A stretch of 64,000 bases of DNA. It comes from Tubulanus polymorphus. Taxonomy: Eukaryota > Animalia > Nemertea. The notes under the pieces are model-generated. The model was not told the origin of the DNA, ran no database searches, and was given only the letters and a program-made list of their open reading frames with translations. Below are positions 40,595-53,194 of the stretch, piece after piece. A program made the translations under genes and the position numbers. The first letter of the stretch is position 1. The number at the start of each line of letters is the position of its first letter. The stretch covers positions 4,116,231-4,180,230 of the forward strand of contig NC_134033.1 of NCBI RefSeq assembly GCF_964204645.1, given 5' to 3'.

Positions 40595-41213
40595 ATAACA
40601 ATGATCTGTACGTGTGGGGTAGAAATAAACATGGCTCCTTAGGTTTAGGAAACATGGACGATCAATTCTTTCCGTTTAAGGTAAGTCTCAATTTCTCTAG
40701 ATTTAAAACACTCCTAAAGCACCACTCACTCAAAATGTTTGGTTTATTTCTACTAGACGGTGCAAAGAGTTGTCGGCTTTTAACTCAAAAACAGTAAACC
40801 TTGTCTTACTGAAATGGAGACTTGCAAAATTTATACTTGCGAAGCAAAAATCTGAGTTGAGGATCAGAAAATTCCATTAGAAAGTCAGAAAATTTCATTT
40901 CCGTCTGAATTCGACAAAAGTCCAGGAGTTTTTAGACATTTCCGAGTTAGATTGCTAGGTTTTAATTCTCGACCACAGAACTTGAATCATCAGTCAATGG
41001 GATATCACTGGTATCACATTGATTCAAGTTAGGAACAGACTCTACTGTACTGTAATAACATAGCGCACCAGAAACAACATGTGTGATACTGATGCATCAT
41101 AAATCTGATGTCTGATATTGTAAATATGATTTCAGGTTTCGATTCCTGGGTTAGTTCAGTCAGTTCATTGCGGAGTTGATCACATGTTCGCTTTATGCAA
41201 GACTTTTATTTGA
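40595..41213 (+). CDS. RCC1L: RCC1-like protein (WBSCR16), last two coding exons (40595-40680, 41136-41213)
   Basis: Spliced NNDLYVWGRNKHGSLGLGNMDDQFFPFK|VSIPGLVQSVHCGVDHMFALCKTFI* parallels the human RCC1L C-terminus as I recall it (LFVWGKN..GCLGIG..DQYFP...CGVDHMVTLAKSFI). Canonical AG/GTAAGT sites. AATAAA at 41248 and 41260. Confidence 0.88.
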
Positions 41214-41832
41214 TATTTAACTCTGATGCACATTTTTCACTGAAAGAAATAAATTTCACAATAAATTGATTATTCACTAATTTTGTGGTGGTTGTAACTG
41301 ATTTTCTGTTCTAGTTTAAGTGGAATCTCGTTGATATGAATCTTGTGGGATGCAATTGTTGAATCAAACTGGTTTCGTCTTTACACAGATTTGTCGTATT
41401 AACGAGGTTCAACTGAAGTTTTTCCAGTTGTTTGCGCCAATTTGTGGTTGGGAGAGTTTGATTTTAACCCTGACCAAGAAGGGTCGACCTTAATAGGAGG
41501 TTTAATGGTTCACGTGCTGCAACTTTGATGATAGCGTTGGATGAATGCACTTTTTTGGAGAATAAAATTTAATTTGCTTTAGATTCTGTCTGTGGCATGT
41601 GAGTCTACCTCTTTACCGCTTTATGCAATTAGATTCCGTTGACAGAAGAGTTCTATCAAAAATGGCTTGAAAATCGTTTCAAAAAGAAGATCCCCTTTCC
41701 AAAAGCTTAAAAAATAATTGAATTATTCATAGAAAACGGAATCGTGGTGAATAATGAACGAAATTCGGCTAAAATAATATCTGTATTACTTGCATGCCAC
41801 AGTAAGATTGCGAGGCTGGGTTAGATATCAAC

Positions 41833-42446
41833 CGTACAGTGCTGCCCCTATGAATAACGACAGCGGAATTTCTGTGAACTAAAATAGCGCCGCCGGAATA
41901 TGAATTTCCCAATTACGTACAATACGGACCAGTGTGGCACCTAATTCTATTAAATATTAAACTATGAATACTCTATAATTTTTTAATGAAATTTTCTTAT
42001 TTTTTAGGTAACGATATTCAATTTTGATAGCTAAAATTCACTTTCTTATCAATTAATTAGTATTTATATTCAGAATAGGTTATTCATTTATGTTTTTGAA
42101 TGATAATTTATCCTCTGAATTGACAAAATTTCCATATTTTTTCTTCGATATATTTTAATTGCGCGCAAATAATCAGGGAACATTCAAACACCTGTCGCTC
42201 TCTGCCAGACGATACTAGAAATATCCCGATTCAAATTTACTCTTTTAAGGTTAATTCTCTTATAGAATGATTGTTTGGTTCAAACGTTTCAGAGCAGTTG
42301 AAAGATTTTGAGAATTCCCTCGGAATCCGGCCCGCAAATCGGTAATTAGTTCGTCCACTACGGCTGTCCGAAGACTCTGGCAAGCGAGTATTAAGTTAGT
42401 TCACGTTTTCCCCGCTATCGTTATATGCAGGGGCAGCACTAGACGG
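41833..42446. mobile_element. MITE / non-autonomous DNA transposon with ~45-bp imperfect TIRs
   Basis: ccgtacagtgctgcccctatgaataacgacagcgg..gtgaact versus the reverse complement of agttcac..ccgctatcgttatatgcaggggcagcactagacgg. TSD unclear. Confidence 0.7.
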
Positions 42447-43239
42447 TCGACATGGAAATCGCGCACTGTGGAGCTCGCTCAATTCAATCTCTTAATTCTT
42501 TATTTACAATGAAACTAAGTCTCTCAATTGATAAAGACTTTAAAGCCACAATGATTCCCAACGTACGAGCTTTGATATTGGTTTAAAAGATAAGAATTCA
42601 TGAGATTTCGTGCCCTCACAGACACTCGGACTTTACAGACACGTCCACCACAGGGACTTGGAGTCAAGTGTTTAACGGTAACCTTGTCCTTGCTGTGGTC
42701 ACTTTCACTTGGCCGTTTAAAGTAAGACATACGTAAGAATAAGAATTCACAAGATTTCATGTCCTCAGGGACACACAGGGGGACCTCACAGACACAGGGA
42801 CCTCGGCACTCAGTGTCAATAACCACTTTCACTAGCCAGGCGGCGCCGCATGCACGACATGGTGCAGGTGATAGTTTCACAAATCTTGATGAGCTGTTGT
42901 TACAATTCCTGTTAATTCCTCCTCTTTTCCACATGTTCAGCAGGTTACCATCACCAGCTGAATCGACCAGTTTCACCATCTTACTCCCACAGTGGCCGAG
43001 TATATCAGTTACGTAAAAACAATCTGTTAATCCAGTAAAGTTGTGAAAACTTTTGCATAAGCCTTTACTAGTATGTCTGAGAGTTTGAGTTTGAGTTTGT
43101 TAATGTGTTTTTCTAGAGACTGTTTCAGTTTCATATTTCAGGTTTTCCTCTCTGGACTGTCATTGCTAAACTTCATCACAAATACTGGATATGGACTTCA
43201 ACTGAAATTCTTCAGTTTTACTTCTTCAGTCAACTTCTT

Positions 43240-43396
43240 TCGGACTAGTGAACTTACCGGACTACTAGTGAACTAACCGTACTGTATGTGAACTTACCGG
43301 ACTACATGTGAACTATATTTGCACTAACCGGACTACTAGTGAACTAACTGGACTACATGTGAACTTACCGAACTACATGTGAACTAACTGGACTAA
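43240..43396. repeat. ~20-bp minisatellite (ggactactagtgaactaacc-like)
   Basis: About 8 degenerate units. Confidence 0.85.
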
Positions 43397-43719
43397 AAGT
43401 CGATTGATACTCGTAAAAAATAATCAGTGGTTGACTCCTGAAGGTGTGGAACTCTGTATGTGGAATTGTGGAACTCAGTGGACTATTATTACTGCTAGAC
43501 AAGGGAGGAGAGACTTGTGTGAGTAGAATTTCTTTTATGTTTCAAAAACAATTATGAGAGAGCAGTTTATCTGTAAACATAGTGTTTACTGAGTGTCATA
43601 AGAATTGTCAATGGAGTTATTTATAGCAGCCTGTAATTGTGTGGCAGGAATTATAATTCAGGGTTTTAGTGAGAGTATCAATTTCTGCCTTAAAAATTAA
43701 TTGAATACTTGGCTCAATA

Positions 43720-44526
43720 GATAAAATTGTATTTTTGGACCAAATTTCATCAAAATTTGTGACGAAAATAAGGGTCAAAACACAAAATCCTGAATATCTC
43801 ATTTTAGAGGCCTCAGATCCAAAAACTAACTTCATATTCGTGATCAGCACACCAAAAAACATGTCTGTACCAAATTTTATTAAAATTGGGCCAAAAAAAT
43901 ATTTTGATTTTGTACCCCATTTTTGGGGTGCATATTTTGGGCATTAAAACCCTTATTTGCCAATGAAGATGAATTCCGATTCAAAATCTGATTGCATATC
44001 CGGAATCTACACCACAGAATACATCTTCCTACCAAGTTTACAAGGAATCAGAGAAAAAAAATTTTTCGCCGAAAAAAAACTCCTTAGATTTTTGCCGTTT
44101 TTGGCCAAAAAATCGAATCTCTTCGATTTGCTTAAAATTTTAGTCCTTACTATTTTCAGGGGCGCTGATTCCAAATCTGCAATCAGATTTTGAATATCTC
44201 GAAAATTCTGGGGTCCAAGGCCTTTTGACAATTTAGGGGTCCCCCCAAAAATTTGAATTTCTCATTTTTGGGGCCTCGGATCCGAAAAATTCTTTCAGAT
44301 TTGTAATCAGCACCCCAGAATACATGTATATACTGAATTTCATCGAAATCGGAGACAAAAAATATTTGACCCCTGACCCTCATTTTGGGGGTACCTTAGA
44401 TTGCCATTTCTCTGATACACCGGTAACTAGACTTAACTCTAACTCTGTATGTTTGATTGATGGCCTTAAATCTATTAAGTTTCATGTATATTTTTAGGAT
44501 GTTTGTCATCAATATGGTGGAACTAT
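43720..44526. repeat. Dispersed repeat with internal direct subrepeats (non-autonomous transposon-like)
   Basis: Subrepeat ggcctc(a/g)gatcc..atcagcac..aaaaaatattt at ~43809 and ~44272. A second copy lies at 39676-40186. Confidence 0.7.
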
Positions 44527-44754
44527 GATCAGGACTACATCAGATGGTGTGGGCAGTGTTCAAACTCAGCGACAGGATAAACAAACAAACGAACTCATAT
44601 TGGGAGAACTTGACTTCAGTTATAGTGAACTTTATGTCCACGAGGACAAAATAATAACATTACTGCTGATGGGATAAATATCTGTTTGAACTAGAAACTG
44701 TAAACGGCATTCTAGATAGAAAACAAGAGGAACATAAGTTCAGGTGATATGCCA

Positions 44755-44945
44755 TCCTATCCTCTCTATCTCTTTCTATCCTCTCTCATTCTCACTCTCT
44801 CCTCACTCTGTTTCACTCTCATCTCTCCTCACTCTGTCTCATTCTCACTCTCTCCTCACTCTGTTTCACTCTCATCTCTTCTCACTCTCTCATCTCTCCT
44901 CCTTTCTCTTACTCTGTCTCTGCCCACTCTTGTCTCATTCTCTAT
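44755..44945. repeat. CT-rich low-complexity repeat
   Basis: Reiterated ctctctcctcactctg. Confidence 0.9.
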
Positions 44946-45066
44946 TACCATCTACCGGGTTGAAATGGGAACTAGTTCCTGTCTCGCCCGGTAGATGGCA
45001 TTATTTTTTTGATAAAATTTGCTTAAGCAATGGATAAATATGAGTTCCTCTGTGTGCTGCCAGCAC

Positions 45067-45125
45067 GTCCCTATAGCGTAGTGGCTGGACTGCTAGTCGA
45101 ATGGTTGGTGGTTCAAATCCCATTT
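45067..45125 (+). mobile_element. Degenerate tRNA-derived SINE head
   Basis: A box TAGCGTAGTGG and B box GGTTCAAATCC, without a full cloverleaf. Confidence 0.5.
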
Positions 45126-45430
45126 TAGTTGATATTAAATATTGATGTTTCAATAAAATGTTGAATTTTACTTTTGCAAACAAGCTGTAAGAAATTCCTA
45201 CTTTTCTTTGATTTGTACTTTGCGTTTGTCCTTTCCTATTTGACTTTGTCCTTTCCTTGATTGTGTAAGCGGAAGAGTTCTTTCCGGAGCAGTGTCGAGT
45301 ATGAAGTTGTGAGGGGAAGAGTCCTTTCCGGAGCCCGAGACAGATATTTTTAGTAAGACGAGCATTTTATGTAGATGGACGTTTATTTATTTACGTTACT
45401 TTATAACATGCGGCAAAACGAAATAATGAC

Positions 45431-45779
45431 GGAGTAGAGTCTGCGTCTCGAGGTTTGGAGATGGTGCTTTAGTCGGAGTAGAGTCTGCGTCTCGAGGTTT
45501 GGAGATGGTGCTGTAGTCGGAGTAGAGTCTGCGTCTCGAGGTTTGGAGATGGTGCTTTAGTCTGAGTAGAGTCTGCGTCTCGAGGTTTGGAGATGGTGCT
45601 TTAGTCGGAGTAGAGTCTGCGTCTCGAGGTTTGGAGATGGTGCTTTAGTCGGAGTAGAGTCTGCGTCTCGAGGTTTGGAGATGGTGCCTTAGTCGGAGTA
45701 GAGTCTGCGTCTCGAGGTTTGGAGATGGTGCTTTAGTCGGAGTTGAGTCTGCGTCTCGAGATTTGAAGATGTTGCTGTA
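45431..45779. repeat. 44-bp minisatellite x8
   Basis: Unit ggagtagagtctgcgtctcgaggtttggagatggtgctttagtc, near-perfect, no spacers. Confidence 0.97.
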
Positions 45780-47134
45780 ACTCAAATATAGCCGGCTGAA
45801 AAACAAATCGGATAATCGTCAAGCTATTGAAGATTGAATATGCAAAATGTAAGGATGGGTGTAGTTTAATATAATTACCTTATCTTAATGTAAAGATACC
45901 GAAACAGCAAAATGTGGGTTGATGCGGTTCCCAATGCAGCAGCAGCAGCAGACTAGTTAGGACGTTGCGACAAACGAGTTGTGTACATGTAGTTGTCAGT
46001 AGTAGCGAACTGGTTTCGGTTTAACCCTAAAAAGACACAATATTCATAATGTATGAATGTGCGCGAAATAGAACATCGGAAATCAGCGACAACAGCAACT
46101 CGTCTTCATCAGCAAATTAGCCGTCATCTGTTTGTAGTTGAAATCAGACATCAACAGCAGCAGCAGCAGTATCGGGATCTCCACCGCAATCATCAGCATC
46201 AACAGCCGCCAGTCTCATCTTGCGTTCTCAATCGCTAGGCGTCACAAATTCCTTCACGTTCCAGTCTCTCCTAACATCATCAGCCGCTTATCAGTAGGTT
46301 GTTTGCTTAAAGCCACACGTTCTTCACGCCTTGTTGCAGAGCTCTTATAGGTCGACCTTCATCACTGGACATCGGTTCTCGGACTGGCGCCGGGCGGCTC
46401 GAACCGCGCTTCTAATACCTACGTCAACCAATCAACGACGGTGCAGCATCGATGCGACCGGAATGGGTCAATCAGAAAGCTCGATCGCGCATTCCTGTGA
46501 CAGACCCGAGTCCGTGACGCTAATCCGAAAGAACTATTCAATTCGTGCCAAACATTTTCAATGGGGCTTACAGGTCATCGAGTTTAATTCGACTATTCAT
46601 AGAGGCACATATTGTTTAAGATAGAAATATCGAATGCTACGATTTTTGCCTAAAATTGTAAGCTGAAATTTTATCTAAACTATCCAACAAACTTTAGTGT
46701 AGATTTCCCTTCTATTTACGTCTGGTTTTGAACTATAATACCGGCTCAATTTTACTATTTTCGAGTTTTGCTTTAGGATATCGAAGTTTGCTTAAGGGTT
46801 TGTGCAGTGACGCGGCACTATTGTGTAGTAGAGCGTATGGCAGGTCTCCAGTGAGTGATTCTCTATTGGATAGAGTCGTTTTCAATCCGAATTTATACAC
46901 AAGTTCACCAGACATCGCCGCGTACACTTCTTTAACCGAAATCTGGTGAAGTTAAAAAAATTATCAAAGTTTTATCATCAGTTGAGAAAGAACTGTGATT
47001 GATCACCGCGTGCGCTGCTTGTACCGAATAGTCGCTTGGATTTCTTCAGTTCGAGGAATTGAATAAATATAAAAAAATTTCCCAAACCCTCACCACTAAA
47101 CTTAAAATAACAAACTAATATTGTAAAAAAGTCG

Positions 47135-47410
47135 AAGGTCCCTGGGGGAATTACTCCGCAGCCTGGACCGGTATTGTGGGATAAATAAATAATTCAGCCA
47201 GAAACGACTGAATTAAACATAATTTACCCCACACCAGTTATTTTGTAGGACTCACGCATTAGCAACCTCATTCCAGGGAGGACAGTACTCTCGACTCGCC
47301 CGCTTACCGGAGATCATTTGCCACATCCTGACCCGCCTCCTCCGAGACTCGAACCCGGGCCACAGCGGTGACACGCTAGTCGCCGACCGACTAAGCCATC
47401 CGGTCCGCCC
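47135..47410 (-). mobile_element. tRNA-derived SINE
   Basis: A box TGGCTTAGTCGG (47398-47387) and B box GGTTCGAGTCT (47355-47345), followed by a non-tRNA body. The 3' limit is approximate. Confidence 0.65.
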
Positions 47411-47763
47411 GATTGTGATTGGAAAACATTCTAACATGTAACTACGTGTAACCATGTTACATGTACATGTACCATGTACATGTAACCATCGATTTCAAAT
47501 TTGATTCATGCAACTGATTTCATGATGCTGTATTTTGTCGAGATACATTTGGAAAAGTGGCTTAATTACATCAGCAAACTGCAGAATTTCTTTTCTATTG
47601 CGTCTGGCAAATCCGGTAAAATCCACCGAATTACTCATTAATTCGTTTAATTTGTATTTATCTCGGATTTAGCTTTAACTCACAACTGTGCCACCGGGTC
47701 CGGCATGTTTATCCCCGTATCAACGCGGCGAACCATTCGTTTCGGGATTCGAACCCAACGGCA

Positions 47764-48675
47764 GAGTAGAAATTTTGAATTATTTCTGTTTAGGAAATTA
47801 AGGTTAGGTTAGGTTTAAGCTAAGTCGAACAGATGACGGACCCTAGTTATAGCAAACTGAAAAACAGTAGACTCAATCTTAACTCGAATCGATTGTGATC
47901 TCAGTGATTTGTGTTTGAATTTCCAATTAACGGAAATCAGATTGCCAACATTGAATGTAATGATTCCAATATTTGTTTTCGGAGTTTCAATGCTTATTCG
48001 ACTTGAAGAGATTCGAGTTACGAGTAATCTAACGATTTATCAGATATAAACAATCGAAAACATTTGCTTCATTGCATATTGGGTCATACAATCCACATCG
48101 TATCGTAACCCGCTTTAATCGCCTGAGACTAAAACCATTCTAGATTCTGTATTTAGACGCGAGACAAATATGAAAATTATTGAGAAATAACTAAAATTGT
48201 GGCTTTGTCACTTGACGCTCAATAACACAAAACTTTTGCAGGGATTTACTGAAACTGAAGTGTCCGTTCAAACTTTTAAATTGGCTTTAAGTGCAAAATA
48301 TAAAACCAATTCTAAACAACATTTGACCTGGTCCAGAGTTGATACGGGCAATTCGGCAGTATAGGAAGGTGGGCTAGACTATAACGGGCACCGAGGAGTC
48401 GAGTTAAGGTTTGTGAAAGGTTGCCAATATAAATATATATTTGAATGAAGTGTGGGTTTGACTATTTCACGGAATGGCTTCTTATTGTAATAATGTTATA
48501 AATGTGTAAGTCACCGGTTCCGGAGATTGTGGTTCTAAACAACGCAACAGATGTCGCCTTCGCTAATTTACACTTGTCGTAGAGTTTTCTCAGGAGACTC
48601 AGGAGATTAGCTCGGTGGGCACAGGACGGCGCTCCGGCCCACAGACTGATGGAGGTTAGAAACTGACTTTCACTG
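47764..48675 (+). repeat. Family X copy 3 (3' part), inverted relative to 53195-53960
   Basis: Collinear diverged match, e.g. gggtttgactatttcacggaa and agctcggtgggcacaggacggcgctccggcccac. Confidence 0.85.
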
Positions 48676-50299
48676 TGATGGTTATTGCGCTTTGCGTCCT
48701 GTCAGACGTCAACTTCGCTTACAAATCCTCAAGCTCGTGCCACTAATTTCCCTATTAACTGAATTACTGTAGAGATTGATTTAAAAGTTGAAATAATGTG
48801 CCTTTAACCGGTATCTGGCTGATGAATGGAGATGTCATTAACTTTAGCAAGCAGAGCCTCATCAGAAATGATTTTGTCCCAGAAACCGTTTTTACATTCG
48901 AATAAACTTTGTACAATTTTGAATAAAAGTCATGTAGGAATCAGGGTTTCAAATTGGTCACTTTATTTAAATCTGCAACAAGTGTAAATTACGAGTCTCC
49001 TTTATTTTAATAATTCTTGCTCAGTCACACGTATAAAAACAATAAACCAAATACAATACTTCGGAATAGTGAAGCTGATCTTTGAGTGAATACCTGGCTT
49101 AGTTGAATAAAAAGTTTTATAATCAGATTTATAATCTTTGGTTATAAATATATCCGAAAAATGACATCTGTTGCGTTTTCTAAGAACCACCCAGTAGAGT
49201 TTGGATGCTGTAACGACGCTTTGCTCATATGCTGGTGCTGTATAAGGACTTCTCTCCGCTGCTGGTTCAAGGTTCCGATAACGATATACATTTGACAATG
49301 TCGCGTTCCTCTAGGTAAGTGAAGTGTTTAGCGATTTGAAATAGTCAAAACCAAGATAGACACTTTCGAAATAATGCATTTATCTATAACCATTTCGAAT
49401 TCTCTTGAACTTCGAGTGTTTGGTGTGTTGACGAAACCCGTTATTTCGGTATTTCTATGAAAAGTTCTTAAACCCGACCTAAATTGCAGAAATCGAATCC
49501 TTTATTTCAAACACTTTATTTTCATTGAACACACACGCAATGAATTTCAGTATTTACACCTCGCATATCTTCAGGTATTCCACCTCCTCACAGCGTTATT
49601 CACTTATACTAGGACACCCTACAAAACAAATAGCATCAACATTTTAAAAATATGCAGGGCATATTTATGAAAAGGTGGTTGTGGTTGTTAGGCTTTAGAC
49701 ACGTCAGTGATACCTTTTCAACGTGTATTTCTAACTCAAATTCGTTTTAACAGTGTCTTAATCTCTAAACCTAACCCTAAGCAGAACGCCGTCCCCAAAT
49801 ATGTGGAACTGTATCACGAAACGGCCTAGATAGTGGAAGGCTATGGAGGGAGACGTGTTCGCGCCGGTGGAGGGAGACTCCGACTATTTCGTGTTCACTC
49901 AAGGAACAACTCGAAAAAACTTTGTATCAATTGCATCAAGCTTCACTTCAATGTATTTTACTGTTTTTACACGTGTGACTGAGCAAGAACAATAAGAGAA
50001 TAAGTAATTTACACTTGTCGCAGATTCAACCAAAATTACAAACTTAAAACAGAACACAATAACATGATATGATTTATTTTTCACTTAAAGATAACAATGA
50101 AATAAAGAATGCCGAGTTAACATCAATAAGTGAGGGTGCAGTCACAGCGCTCACAGGCTGTAACAACTTTGGACCAAGCCAAGTGGTTTCCGCAATGGTT
50201 TCCACGATAATGTTATTCAAAATCTGCCATCATTTTTCCAAGAACCAGGAAGGGCCATCACAAAATAGCTATGTCTTCATTCATTCGGCTCGGAGAAAG

Positions 50300-52959
50300 C
50301 GGTTCCTGAACTTCGCTGAAAAAGCTGAAACACTGAAAAGCTGAAACGCTGAATTAAAAACGCTGAAATTTCAGGGAATTTCCGAAAAACGCCGAAATTT
50401 CAGGGAATTCCCGAAAAACGCTGAAATCGTGCTAGGTACCGACAATACACGTTTTGAAATTCTTTCCGGGCCGGTGTCCGCTTCCGAGTCCTGAACCGTC
50501 TTTTAGACTCTTCCCTCGGTTACAGAGACATGCCTTGAGGTCGTCGTCATGTTCGACTTGATCGATTGCGGATTGCGTGGATTGTTAGATGTGTTTTTTG
50601 TTTTATGCGCATATACCGGTACGATCTAATAATGAAATTATCACTTCATTTGAATAAATTCTTAATTACAGTAATATTAATTCTCAATATTTTTTCTTAT
50701 ATTTGGTGATTTCTTCCAACTTATCATTGCCAAGTCTCATACAAAAGTAGTAGCTGAATGAAAGTACAGCTAGTAAGGCTGAACCTGATAACCCAAATTA
50801 AGTGCTATCATGGAACTTATGACTACTTTGATTCTATTTTGGTGTGAATAAAGGTTCAACCGTCATAGTATACTGTACTTAGCATTACTACGATTGGGTG
50901 CCATATTTCTACAATCTCTTCAAGGAAGGAGTCTTGGAGTGTCTTTCGTTCCCGGGTGGGCATCCTCGCTTGCCAGGAGACCAGTATCGCTCCCAAACTC
51001 GCTTCCACCTGCCCCCTGGCCTCACGACGCGCGATTTCATTACCGGCGTTTTAGCGAATGACGTCATATATCAACACGCGACAATACTTCCGTTTTCGCT
51101 ACGTGTTCGCTGATTGGTCCATTTACCGGGAAATTCCATAGATGCCAAATGTCGTTTGTAACAAGCGCTGTGATTGGCCCGACCTGATTCTGGTCGGCTA
51201 GTGACGACTCGAGGTCAAACGGTTCGGAGAACAGCTTTAGTGTAGTGGGTTCGAATCCCTTGACAGGTGAAGATGCCGGGTAGGGTACGGGGTAAAACCT
51301 GGTTTACTTTCTCTGTCTACTTGCTGGAGACTACTATCTGCAATGTATTGCAAGTTTTTGATTTGTCTGGCTTATGAGAGTCGAACAACGTTTTCCCATA
51401 CACAGGCTTGGCTTTAGTACTAGATGAAGGCTAGGCACTGCACATTGTGGATTGACTGGAACTCTAAACTCATAAAATTAAACGAGTCAACAAGAAAGAT
51501 CCAATAATTTGACGTTTGTCTAATTATATTATTTAACAGCTTAAAATAATACTTAACACATTCTACAAGAATACACAAAAGAAATCAGTTCTTACATTAT
51601 ATCAGAATCAATAGTTCGCTTAACTCGGGCTTGAATTCTGGTTCCATTGCTTTATATTCTAATGAAATTCACTAGCATACCTTAGAATATTGCTTAGCTT
51701 AAGATAAAAAATTTGGTACCAGGAAAACGGGGAAGTAAAGTGGGTGTACTGTACATCCCCAATTGACTTATTTCTCTCTGGTTGAATCAAGTTATTACTG
51801 AAATAGCATTCGAATAGCCATTTTGTTTTTAAAAATTGTGTCGTTCAGCTATCCTGCTGCAAATTTCGCAGTTCAAGTTAACTAGTGCCATCTGATTTCT
51901 CAGTATCTCAAATTTGCACATTCTTAGCCCGAGTCTAAAAATAGAAAAAAAGTGCATTTAAAGTAGGAAATAAAAGAATAGTGGCTAACACACTCTGGAG
52001 ATATAGCCTATGGGGTGGGCCTAGTTTGAAAGCACTGAGGTCCGAGGGAACAGCACTTACTAAATAAATACTGAAATCAAACTTACAAAACACCCAATAC
52101 TTGAGATGATGTACTTGACAAGAAGTGTGTCCAGCTGAGCAAATCAACTTTGTCTATGACTCCTCCTTTTATAGATACCGTAGTAGTCTAAAAATAAGAA
52201 TCGGTACATTTTTCTAACAGTTGGTATGTCATTTAAAAAAAAACAACCTATTATTAACACAGCAAATAAATTACAGTTGTTGAATGGTTTGCCCGATTTA
52301 GATTAATTGGTTGACGCTATATAGTATGACCTATAAGTAGGGGCCTACTGCATGTCATTGGCGTCAATCCATTCCATTCCACGGTGAATTAAAAAGAAAT
52401 TTAGTTAGATCCCTTTTGTTCAAAAGCTGCATCATTTATATAACTAGCTGTCAAATTTAATTTACCTCCTTCATAGAATACCATAGTCCGTCGCCCATCA
52501 ACGTGTTGACAAAAGAAAAGTTGCTTATAATCCTGTTTTATACATGAACGATAGAAGTAAACCATATTCTTGGAATATTGAGCATAGTGTTTAAGTTGGC
52601 TTGCACGGTTTGTGAATGGGTTTTCCTCATCATGCTGCCTGTATGCATTAAAAATCCGGATTTCAAGCGAATTAATTTGTTCAACAAGTTGCCCTCTAGA
52701 AGTATACTCCACACATACTGCCCATGCATGTCTCTGTAACCGAAGGTGGAGACTAAAAGACGGTTCAGGACTCAGCAGCGGACACCGGCCCGGAAATTAT
52801 TTCAAAACTTGTATTGTCGGTACCTAGCACGATTTCAGCGTTTTTCGGAAATTCCCTGAAATTTCGGCGTTTTTCGGAAATTCCCTGAAATTTCAGCGTT
52901 TTTATTTCAGCGATTCAGCGTTTCAGTGTTTCAGCTTTTTCAGCGAAGTTCAGGAACCG
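50300..52959. mobile_element. Non-autonomous Mutator/MULE-like DNA transposon
   Basis: ~235-bp TIRs (50300-50533, 52726-52959) with gctgaaa subrepeats. Perfect 9-bp TSD CGGAGAAAG (50291-50299, 52960-52968). No transposase ORF. Confidence 0.9.
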
Positions 52960-53194
52960 CGGAGAAAGTACAGTCAACATCGCTTAAGTCTTCTTTAGTT
53001 GGGAGAATCGTTAAGATGATGACTTACCGAAAGAACGTATTACAAATTACTCCAGAGAATTGTAATTAGAAATACTGATGTAGTGTGATGATTATCTGAT
53101 AATGACTTAAGCGAGGTTGAGTGTGTAGTGGCAAGGTGTTAGGTCTGGTAAACGAGGGGATCATCTGTTGGTCGGAAATTGAAAAAACCATTTT

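Noticed and set aside
42524-42979. 151-aa ORF as a real gene
   Set aside because: No recognisable domain. It is followed by AATAAA but lies in repeat-like sequence, so it cannot be supported without a search.
45431-45779. CRISPR-like array (also 55095-55915 and 1855-2112)
   Set aside because: Contiguous tandem units with no unique spacers, no cas genes, and a eukaryotic context.
48640-48670. Hammerhead candidate ctgatggag...gaaac
   Set aside because: The core is not CUGANGA, and it is not conserved in the paralogous copy.
51230-51270. tRNA gene (also 45067-45125 and 47340-47410)
   Set aside because: A/B-box-like words only; no complete cloverleaf can be built.
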